Part shown: one piece after another, positions 26,347-37,500 of the stretch
Layout: every line of letters starts with the position of its first letter
Position numbering within the stretch: position 1 is the stretch's first letter
Source: Yuukianura sp. NJ FZ-2021
Lineage: Eukaryota
Assembly: GCA_046563655.1 (NCBI GenBank)
Contig: JAJCTO010000009.1
Coordinates: 310,001 to 374,000, forward strand
Direction of reading: 5' to 3'
DNA length: 64,000 nucleotides
Notes under the pieces: generated by a model
Told to the model about the DNA's origin: nothing
Seen by the model: only the letters and a program-made list of their open reading frames with translations
Database searches by the model: none
Translations under genes and position numbers: made by a program

Positions 26347-26751
26347 TGAAGTGCCCCGGTTTTCCCCCTTTAGGTTAGGGCCATTTGCCCCTTGAGGTTA
26401 GGGTGTGGCCTTAGGTTAGTGTAGTTAGGTTATGGTTTAGTCTTAGTGTTTAGTTGAGATTGGTTTAGCGCTTAGCGCGAGTTTTGAGTAGAGTTAGCGT
26501 GGTAGAGGAGAGTCAGGAGAGTATTGAGACTAGTTGTGCTAGTCAGTCGGTTTTGGGTGTTCGGTTCAGCATGAGCTGAGGTTTTGTATCATAGTGTACA
26601 ATAAATATATTTTATATTTATTGTCGTCGTGTCTTCGTGTTGTTTCTTTGGTGTCCCTTTTGGTCCTCAGTTTTGTTGCATGAGTCCGGCAGTGCTCGGA
26701 TCGTAGTCTGGAGGCCATCTTTGGCAGTTTAGCGTAGCACGAGGTGCTACA
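26347..26751 (+). mobile_element. Solo LTR, probably Gypsy/Ty3 (405 bp)
   Basis: TG...CA ends (tgaagtgcc...ggtgctaca) and 4-bp TSD gctg (26343-26346 and 26752-26755). AATAAA at 26600-26605 is followed by GT-rich sequence. No internal coding region. Superfamily inferred from TSD length only. Confidence 0.85.
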
Positions 26752-28497
26752 GCTGGCCATTCTTCACTTAAGAACGACTTCAGTATTTTCGCGGCAAGAG
26801 CTAGGTTTGAAAATCCTCCGAACAAACTTATTAAGTGTAGGATGCTCCCCGCTCGAACACAATCTACAAACGTTTTGCAAGTATCTTGCCTCAATTACGC
26901 GTAAACTTACTGCAGCCGGAAGGCGTTTGGTGGACATTGATAAAAGCTGAAAACTTAGGCATGCGACACTGACTTGTTCTGTGCCTGAGAATACTATTTA
27001 AATTTTCAAACCAGATTTAAATGCGCAGTAATTTTGTTGCTGGACATTCTTCACTTAAGAACGACTTCAGTATTTTCGCGGCAAGAGCTAGGTTTGAAAA
27101 TCCTCCGAACAAACTTATTAAGTGTAGTATGCTCCCCGCTCGAACACAATCTACGAACGTTTTGCAAGTATCTTGCCTCAATTACGCGTAAACTTACTGC
27201 AGCCGGAAGGCGTTTGGTGGACATTGATAAAAGCTGAAAACTTAGGCATGCGACACTGACTTGTTCTGTGCCTGAGAATACTATTTAAATTTTCAAACCA
27301 GATTTAAATGCGCCGTAATTTTGTTGCTGGACATTCTTCACTTAAGAACGACTTCAGTATTTTCGCGGCAAGAGCTAGGTTTGAAAATCCTCCGAACAAA
27401 CTTATTAAGTGTAGGATGCTCCCCGCTCGAACACAATCTACGAACGTTTTGCAAGTATTTTGCCTCAATTACGCGTAGACTTACTGCAGCCGGAAGGCGT
27501 TTGGTGCACAGTGATAAAAGCTGAAAACTCAGGCATGCGACACTAACTTCTTCTGTGCCTGAGAATACTATTTAAATTTTCAAACCAGATTTAAATGCGC
27601 CGTAATTTTGTGCTGGCCATTCTTCACTTAAGAACGACTTCAGTATTTTCGCGGCAAGAGCTAGGTTTGAAAATCCTCCGAACAAACTTATTAAGTGTAG
27701 GATGCTCCCCGCTCGAACACAATCTACAAACGTTTTGCAAGTATTTTGCCTCAATTACGCGTAGACTTACTGCAGCCGGAAGGCGTTTGGTGCACATTGA
27801 TAAAAGCTGAAAACTCAGGCATGCGACACTGACTTCTTCTGTGCCTGAGAATACTATTTAAATTTTCAAACCAGATTTAAATGCGCCGTAATTTTGTGCT
27901 GGCCATTCTTCACTTAAGAACGACTTCAGTATTTTCGCGGCAAGAGCTATGTTTGAAAATCCTAGGAACAAAATTATTAAGTGTAGGATGCTCCCCGCTC
28001 GAACACAATCTACGAACGTTTTGCAAGTATTTTGCCTCAATTACGCGTAAACTTACTGCAGCCGGAAGGCGTTTGGTGGACATTGATAAAAGCTGAAAAC
28101 TTAGGCATGCGACTCTGACTTGTTCTGTGCCTGAGAATACTATTTAAATTTTCAAACCAGATTTAAATGCGCAGTAATTTTGTTGCTGGCCATTCTTCAC
28201 TTAAGAACGACTTCAGTATTTTCGCGGCAAGAGCTAGGTTTGAAAATCCTCCGAACAACCTTATTAAGTGTAGGATGCTCCCCGCTCGAACACAATCTAC
28301 AAACGTTTTGCAAGTATTTTGCATCAATTACGCGTAAACTCACTGCAGCCGGAAGGCGTTTGGTGGACATTGATAAAAGCTGAAAACTTAGGCATGCGAC
28401 ACTTACTTGTTCTGTACTGAGAATACTATTTAAATTTTCAAACCAGATTTAAATGCGCCGTAATTTTGTGCTGGCCATTCTTAACTTAAGAACGACT

Positions 28498-28506
28498 AAT
28501 TCCAAC
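28498..28506. other. 9-bp filler at the satellite A / satellite B junction
   Basis: A sequence ends ...ttaagaacgact at 28497, then aattccaac, then B sequence begins gacctactattcg at 28507. Confidence 0.85.
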
Positions 28507-31500
28507 GACCTACTATTCGACCATGCAGATTTCCATGAAAAATGTGACAACTCAATCCGTCCACCAACGTTCATAAGCGTAATTACACAAATTTGACCCC
28601 ATGGAGAGCACATAGAATACCGCCAAGAATTGCAAAGATTCAACGTTTTCGCAGTGGTTTTTCCGGAGCAAGGGTGTGGGAAAATATTGTGAACCTCAAA
28701 GCGATTCCGCTGAGCTAACGCTGAGAAGCTAGAAAAACTGCGAAACATTTGGCGCTATACAGACCTACTATTCGACCGTCAGATTTCCATGAAAAATGTG
28801 ACAAGTCTATCCGTCCACCAACGTTCATAAGCGTAATTACACAAATTTGGCCCCATGGAGAGCACATAGAATACCGCCAAGAATTGCAAAGATTCAACGT
28901 TTTCGCAGTGGTTTTTCCGGAGCAAGTGTTGGGAAAATTTTGTGAACCTCAAAGCGATTCGGTTTAGCTAACGCTGAAAAGCTAGAAAAACTGCGAAACA
29001 TTTGGCGCCATACAGACCTACTATTCGACCGTCAGATTTCCATGAAAAATGTGACAAGTCTATCCGTCCACCAACGTTCATAAGCGTAATTACACAAATT
29101 TGGCCCCATGGAGAGCACATAGAATACCGCCAAGAATTGCAAAGATTCAACGTTTTCGCAGTGGTTTTTCCGGAGCAAGGGTGTGGGAAAATATTGTGAA
29201 CCTCAAAGCGATTCCGCTGAGCTAACGCTGAGAAGCTAGAAAAACCGCGAAACATTTGGCGCTATACAGACCTACTATTCGACCGTGCAGATTTCCATGA
29301 AAAATGTAACACCTCAATCCGTCCACCAACGTTCATAAGCGTAATTACACAAATTTGACCCCATGGAGAGCACATAGAATACCGCCCAAAATTGCAAAGA
29401 TTCAACGTTTTCGCAGTGGTTTTTCCGGAGCAAGGGTGTGGGAAAATATTGTGAACCTCAAAGCGATTCCGCTGAGCTAACGCTGAGAAGCTAGAAAAAC
29501 TGCGAAACATTTGGCGCTATACAGACCTACTGTTCGACCGTCAGATTTCCATGAAAAATGTGACAAGTCTATCCGTCCACCAACGTTCATAAGCGTAATT
29601 ACACAAATTTGACACAATGGAGAGCACATAGAATACCGCCAAGAATTGCAAAGATTCAACGCTTTCGCAGTGGTTTTTCCGGAGCAAGTTTTGGGAAAAT
29701 TTTGTGAACCTGAAAGCGATTCGGTTTAGCTAACGCTTAAAAGCTAGAAAAACTGCGAAACATTTGGCGCTATACAGACCGACTATTCGACCGTCAGATT
29801 TCCATGAAAAATGTGACAAGTCTATCCGTCCACCAACGTTCATAAGCGTAATTACACAAATTTGGCCCCATGGGGAGCACATAGAATACCGCCAAGAATT
29901 GCAAAGATTCAACGTTTTCGCAGTGGTTTTTCCGGAGCAAGGGTGTGGGAAAATATTGTGAACCTCAAAGCGATTCCGCTGAGCTAACGCTTAGAAGCTA
30001 GAAAAACTGCGAAACATTTGGCGCTATACAGACCTACTATTCGACCGTCAGATTTCCATGAAAAATGTGACAAGTCTATCCGTCCACCAACGTTCATAAG
30101 CGTAATTACACAAATTTGGCCCCATGGAGAGCACATAGAATACCGCCAAGAATTGCAAAGATTCAACGTTTTCGCAGTGGTTTTTCCGGAGCAAGTGTTG
30201 GGAAAATTTTGTGAACCTCAAAGCGATTCGGTTTAGCTAACGCTGAAAAGCTAGAAAAACTGCGAAACATTTGGCGCTATACAGACCTACTATTCGACCG
30301 TCAGATTTCCATGAAAAATGTGACAAGTCTATCCGTCCACCAACGTTCATAAGCGTAATTACACAAATTTGACACAATGGAGAGCACATAGAAAACCGCC
30401 AAGAATTGCAAAGATTCAACGCTTTCGCAGTGGTTTTTCCGTAGCAAGTGTTGGGAAAATTTTGTGAACCTCAAAGCGATTCCGCTGAGCTAACGCTGAG
30501 AAGCTAGAAAAACCGCGAAACATTTGGCGCTATACAGACCTACTATTCGACCGTGCAGATTTCCATGAAAAATGTAACACCTCAATCCGTCCACCAACGT
30601 TCATAAGCGTAATTACACAAATTTGACCCCATGGAGAGCACATAGAATACCGCCCAAAGTTGCAAAGATTCAACGTTTTCGCAGTGGTTTTTCCGGAGCA
30701 AGGGTGTGGGAAAATATTGTGAACCTCAAAGCGATTCCGCTGAGCTAACGCTGAGAAGCTAGAAAAACTGCGAAACATTTGGCGCTATACAGACCTACTG
30801 TTCGACCGTCAGATTTCCATGAAAAATGTGACAAGTCTATCCGTCCACCAACGTTCATAAGCGTAATTACACAAATTTGACACAATGGAGAGCACATAGA
30901 AAACCGCCAAGAATTGCAAAGATTCAACGCTTTCGCAGTGGTTTTTCCGGAGCAAGTTTTGGGAAAATTTTGTGAACCTCAAAGCGATTCGGTTTAGCTA
31001 ACGCTTAAAAGCTAGAAAAACTGCGAAACATTTGGCGCTATACAGACCGACTATTCGACCGTCAGATTTCCATGAAAAATGTGACAACTCTATCCGTCCA
31101 CCAACGTTCATAAGCGTAATTACACAAATTTGGCCCCATGGAGAGCACATAGAATACCGCCAAGAATTGCAAAGATTCAACGTTTTCGCAGTGGTTTTTC
31201 CGGAGCAAGGGTGTGGGAAAATATTGTGAACCTCAAAGCGATTCCGCTGAGCTAACGCTGAGAAGCTAGAAAAACTGCGAAACATTTGGCGCTATACAGA
31301 CCTACTATTCGACCGTCAGATTTCCATGAAAAATGTGACAAGTCTATCCGTCCACCAACGTTCATAAGCGTAATTACACAAATTTGGCCCCATGAAGAGC
31401 ACATAGAATACCGCCAAGAATTGCAAAGATTCAACGTTTTCGCAGTGGTTTTTCCGGAGCAAGTGTTGGGAAAATTTTGTGAACCTCAAAGCGATTCGGT

Positions 31501-34500
31501 TTAGCTAACGCTGAAAAGCTAGAAAAACTGCGAAACATTTGGCGCCATACAGACCTACTATTCGACCGTCAGATTTCCATGAAAAATGTGACAAGTTTAT
31601 CCGTCCACCAACGTTCATAAGCGTAATTACACAAATTTGGCCCCATGGAGAGCACATAGAATACCGCCCAAAATTGCAAAGATTCAACGTTTTCGCAGTG
31701 GTTTTTCCGGAGCAAGTGTTGGGAAAATTTTGTGAACCTGAAAGCGATTCGGTTTAGCTAACGCTGAAAAGCTAGAAAAACTGCGAAACATTTGGCGCTA
31801 TACAGACCTACTATTCGACCGTGCAGATTTCCATGAAAAATGTGACAACTCAATCCGTCCACCAACGTTCATAAGCGTAATTACGCAAATTTGACCCCAT
31901 GGAGAGCACATAGAATACCGCCCAGAATTGCAAAGATTCAACGTTTTCGCAGTGGTTTTTCCGGAGCAAGGGTGTGGGAAAATATTGTGAACCTCAAAGC
32001 GATTCCGCTGAGCTAACGCTGAGAAGCTAGAAAAACCGCGAAACATTTGGCGCTATACAGACCTACTATTCGACCGTGCAGATTTCCATGAAAAATGTAA
32101 CACCTCAATCCGTCCACCAACGTTCATAAGCGTAATTACACAAATTTGACACAATGGAGAGCACATAGAAAACCGCCAAGAATTGCAAAGATTCAACGCT
32201 TTCGCAGTGGTTTTTCCGTAGCAAGTGTTGGGAAAATTTTGTGAACCTCAAAGCGATTCCGCTGAGCTAACGCTGAGAAGCTAGAAAAACCGCGAAACAT
32301 TTGGCGCTATACAGACCTACTATTCGACCGTGCAGATTTCCATGAAAAATGTAACACCTCAATCCGTCCACCAACGTTCATAAGCGTAATTACACAAATT
32401 TGACCCCATGGAGAGCACATAGAATACCGCCCAAAGTTGCAAAGATTCAACGTTTTCGCAGTGGTTTTTCCGGAGCAAGGGTGTGGGAAAATATTGTGAA
32501 CCTCTCAAAGCGATTCCGCTGAGCTAACGCTGAGAAGCTAGAAAAACTGCGAAACATTTGGCGCTATACAGACCTACTGTTCGACCGTCAGATTTCCATG
32601 AAAAATGTGACAAGTCTATCCGTCCACCAACGTTCATAAGCGTAATTACACAAATTTGACACAATGGAGAGCACATAGAAAACCGCCAAGAATTGCAAAG
32701 ATTCAACGCTTTCGCAGTGGTTTTTCCGGAGCAAGTTTTGGGAAAATTTTGTGAACCTCAAAGCGATTCGGTTTAGCTAACGCTTAAAAGCTAGAAAAAC
32801 TGCGAAACATTTGGCGCTATACAGACCGACTATTCGACCGTCAGATTTCCATGAAAAATGTGACAACTCTATCCGTCCACCAACGTTCATAAGCGTAATT
32901 ACACAAATTTGGCCCCATGGAGAGCACATAGAATACCGCCAAGAATTGCAAAGATTCAACGTTTTCGCAGTGGTTTTTCCGGAGCAAGGGTGTGGGAAAA
33001 TATTGTGAACCTCAAAGCGATTCCGCTGAGCTAACGCTGAGAAGCTAGAAAAACTGCGAAACATTTGGCGCTATACAGACCTACTATTCGACCGTCAGAT
33101 TTCCATGAAAAATGTGACAAGTCTATCCGTCCACCAACGTTCATAAGCGTAATTACACAAATTTGGCCCCATGAAGAGCACATAGAATACCGCCAAGAAT
33201 TGCAAAGATTCAACGTTTTCGCAGTGGTTTTTCCGGAGCAAGTGTTGGGAAAATTTTGTGAACCTCAAAGCGATTCGGTTTAGCTAACGCTGAAAAGCTA
33301 GAAAAACTGCGAAACATTTGGCGCCATACAGACCTACTATTCGACCGTCAGATTTCCATGAAAAATGTGACAAGTTTATCCGTCCACCAACGTTCATAAG
33401 CGTAATTACACAAATTTGGCCCCATGGAGAGCACATAGAATACCGCCCAAAATTGCAAAGATTCAACGTTTTCGCAGTGGTTTTTCCGGAGCAAGTGTTG
33501 GGAAAATTTTGTGAACCTGAAAGCGATTCGGTTTAGCTAACGCTGAAAAGCTAGAAAAACTGCGAAACATTTGGCGCTATACAGACCTACTATTCGACCG
33601 TGCAGATTTCCATGAAAAATGTGACAACTCAATCCGTCCACCAACGTTCATAAGCGTAATTACGCAAATTTGACCCCATGGAGAGCACATAGAATACCGC
33701 CCAGAATTGCAAAGATTCAACGTTTTCGCAGTGGTTTTTCCGGAGCAAGGGTGTGGGAAAATATTGTGAACCTCAAAGCGATTCCGCTGAGCTAACGCTG
33801 AGAAGCTAGAAAAACCGCGAAACATTTGGCGCTATACAGACCTACTATTCGACCGTGCAGATTTCCATGAAAAATGTAACACCTCAATCCGTCCACCAAC
33901 GTTCATAAGCGTAATTACACAAATTTGACCCCATGGAGAGCACATAGAATACCGCCCAAAATTGCAAAGATTCAACGTTTTCGCAGTGGTTTTTCCGGAG
34001 CAAGGGTGTGGGAAAATATTGTGAACCTCAAAGCGATTCCGCTGAGCTAACGCTGAGAAGCTAGAAAAACTGCGAAACATTTGGCGCTATACAGACCTAC
34101 TGTTCGACCGTCAGATTTCCATGAAAAATGTGACAAGTCTATCCGTCCACCAACGTTCATAAGCGTAATTCTAATTACACAAATTTGACACAATGGAGAG
34201 CACATAGAATACCGCCAAGAATTGCAAAGATTCAACGCTTTCGCAGTGGTTTTTCCGGAGCAAGTTTTGGGAAAATTTTGTGAACCTGAAAGCGATTCGG
34301 TTTAGCTAACGCTTAAAAGCTAGAAAAACTGCGAAACATTTGGCGCTATACAGACCGACTATTCGACCGTCAGATTTCCATGAAAAATGTGACAAGTCTA
34401 TCCGTCCACCAACGTTCATAAGCGTAATTACACAAATTTGACACAATGGAGAGCACATAGAAAACCGCCAAGAATTGCAAAGATTCAACGCTTTCGCAGT

Positions 34501-37500
34501 GGTTTTTCCGGAGCAAGTTTTGGGAAAATTTTGTGAACCTCAAAGCGATCCGGTTTAGCTAACGCTTAAAAGCTAGAAAAACTGCGAAACATTTGGCGCT
34601 ATACAGACCGACTATTCGACCGTCAGATTTCCATGAAAAATGTGACAACTCTATCCGTCCACCAACGTTCATAAGCGTAATTACACAAATTTGGCCCCAT
34701 GGAGAGCACATAGAATACCGCCAAGAATTGCAAAGATTCAACGTTTTCGCAGTGGTTTTTCCGGAGCAAGGGTGTGGGAAAATATTGTGAACCTCAAAGC
34801 GATTCCGCTGAGCTAACGCTGAGAAGCTAGAAAAACTGCGAAACATTTGGCGCTATACAGACCTACTATTCGACCGTCAGATTTCCATGAAAAATGTGAC
34901 AAGTCTATCCGTCCACCAACGTTCATAAGCGTAATTACACAAATTTGGCCCCATGAAGAGCACATAGAATACCGCCAAGAATTGCAAAGATTCAACGTTT
35001 TCGCAGTGGTTTTTCCGGAGCAAGTGTTGGGAAAATTTTGTGAACCTCAAAGCGATTCGGTTTAGCTAACGCTGAAAAGCTAGAAAAACTGCGAAACATT
35101 TGGCGCCATACAGACCTACTATTCGACCGTCAGATTTCCATGAAAAATGTGACAAGTTTATCCGTCCACCAACGTTCATAAGCGTAATTACACAAATTTG
35201 GCCCCATGGAGAGCACATAGAATACCGCCCAAAATTGCAAAGATTCAACGTTTTCGCAGTGGTTTTTCCGGAGCAAGTGTTGGGAAAATTTTGTGAACCT
35301 GAAAGCGATTCGGTTTAGCTAACGCTGAAAAGCTAGAAAAACTGCGAAACATTTGGCGCTATACAGACCTACTATTCGACCGTGCAGATTTCCATGAAAA
35401 ATGTAACACCTCAATCCGTCCACCAACGTTCATAAGCGTAATTACACAAATTTGACCCCATGGAGAGCACATAGAATACCGCCCAAAATTGCAAAGATTC
35501 AACGTTTTCGCAGTGGTTTTTCCGGAGCAAGGGTGTGGGAAAATATTGTGAACCTCAAAGCGATTCCGCTGAGCTAACGCTGAGAAGCTAGAAAAACTGC
35601 GAAACATTTGGCGCTATACAGACCTACTGTTCGACCGTCAGATTTCCATGAAAAATGTGACAAGTCTATCCGTCCACCAACGTTCATAAGCGTAATTACA
35701 CAAATTTGACACAATGGAGAGCACATAGAATACCGCCAAGAATTGCAAAGATTCAACGTTTTCGCAGTGGTTTTTCCGGAGCAAGTGTTGGGAAAATTTT
35801 GTGAACCTCAAAGCGATTCCGCTGAGCTAACGCTGAGAAGCTAGAAAAACTGCGAAACATTTGGCGCTATACAGACCTACTATTCGACCGTCAGATTTCC
35901 ATGAAAAATGTGACAAGTCTATCCGTCCACCAACGTTCATAAGCGTAATTACACAAATTTGGCCCCATGGAGAGCACATAGAATACCGCCAAGAATTGCA
36001 AAGATTCAACGTTTTCGCAGTGGTTTTTCCGGAGCAAGTGTTGGGAAAATTTTGTGAACCTCAAAGCGATTCGGTTTAGCTAACGCTGAAAAGCTAGAAA
36101 AACTGCGAAACATTTGGCGCTATACAGACCTACTATTCGACCGTCAGATTTCCATAAAAAATGTGACAAGTCTATCCGTCCACCAACGTTCATAAGCGTA
36201 ATTACACAAATTTGACACAATGGAGAGCACATAGAAAACCGCCAAGAATTGCAAAGATTCAACGCTTTCGCAGTGGTTTTTCCGGAGCAAGTGTTGGGAA
36301 AATTTTGTGAACCTGAAAGCGATTCCGCTGAGCTAACGCTGAGAAGCTAGAAAAACTGCGAAACATTTGGCGCTATACAGACCTACTATTCGACCGTGCA
36401 GATTTCCACGAAAAATGTGACAAGTCTATCTGTCCACCAACGTTCATAAGCGTGATTACACAAATTTGGCCTCATGGAGAGCACATAGAATACCGCCAAG
36501 AATTGCAAAGATTCAACGTTTTCGCAGTGGTTTTTCCGGAGCAAGTGTTGGGAAAATTTTGTGAACCTCAAAGCGATTCGGTTTAGCTATCGCTGAAAAG
36601 CTAGAAAAACTGCGAAACATTTGGCGCCATACAGACCTACTATTCGACCGTCAGATTTCCATGAAAAATGTGACAAGTTTATCCGTCCACCAACGTTCAT
36701 AAGCGTAATTACACAAATTTGGCCCCATGGAGAGCACATAAAATACCGCCAAGAATTGCAAAGATTCAACGTTTTCGCAGTGGTTTTTCCGGAGCAAGGG
36801 TGTGGGAAAATATTGTGAACCTCAAAGCGATTCCGCTGAGCTAACGCTGAGAAGCTAGAAAAACTGCGAAACATTTGGCGCTATACAGACCTACTATTCG
36901 ACCGTCAGATTTCCATGAAAAATGTGACAAGTCTATCCGTCCACCAACGTTCATAAGCGTAATTACACAAATTTGGCCCCATGGAGAGCACATAGAATAC
37001 CGCCAAGAATTGCAAAGATTCAACGTTTTCGCAGTGGTTTTTCCGGAGCAAGTGTTGGGAAAATTTTGTGAACCTCAAAGCGATTCGGTTTAGCTAACGC
37101 TGAAAAGCTAGAAAAACTGCGAAACATTTGGCGCTATACAAACCTACTATTCGACCGTCAGATTTCCATGAAAAATGTGACAAGTCTATCCGTCCACCCA
37201 CGTTCATAAGCGTAATTACGCAAATTTGACACAATGGAGAGCACATAGAAAACCGCCAAGAATTGCAAAGATTCAACGCTTTCGCAGTGGTTTTTCCGGA
37301 GCAAGTGTTGGGAAAATTTTGTGAACCTGAAAGCGATTCCGCTGAGCTAACGCTGAGAAGCTAGAAAAACTGCGAAACATTTGGCGCTATACAGACCTAC
37401 TATTCGACCGTGCAGATTTCCATGAAAAATGTGACAAGTCTATCCGTCCACCAACGTTCATAAGCGTGATTACACAAATTTGGCCCCATGGAGAGCACAT

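Larger units (their letters stand above)
1..28497 (+). repeat. Satellite array A, head-to-tail ~285-287 bp monomers (roughly 87 copies in the window, continuing past the left edge), interrupted by four insertions
   Basis: The unit tcagtattttcgcggcaagagctaggtttgaaaatcctccgaac...cttcacttaagaacgact recurs every 285-287 bp. The spurious ORF track repeats with the same period (2261, 2548, 2835, 3122...). Copies differ only by scattered SNPs and 1-2 bp indels. Confidence 0.99.

Noticed and set aside
107..28383. Repeated 60-116 aa ORFs (MLLAILHLRTTSV..., MRQNTCK...) as a tandem gene family
   Set aside because: They are translations of the satellite A monomer, appear and disappear with 1-bp indels, mostly start at non-ATG codons and show no recognisable domain.
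28920..28940. CENP-B box in satellite B (gtgttgggaaa)
   Set aside because: Lacks the essential TTCG....A..CGGG positions.
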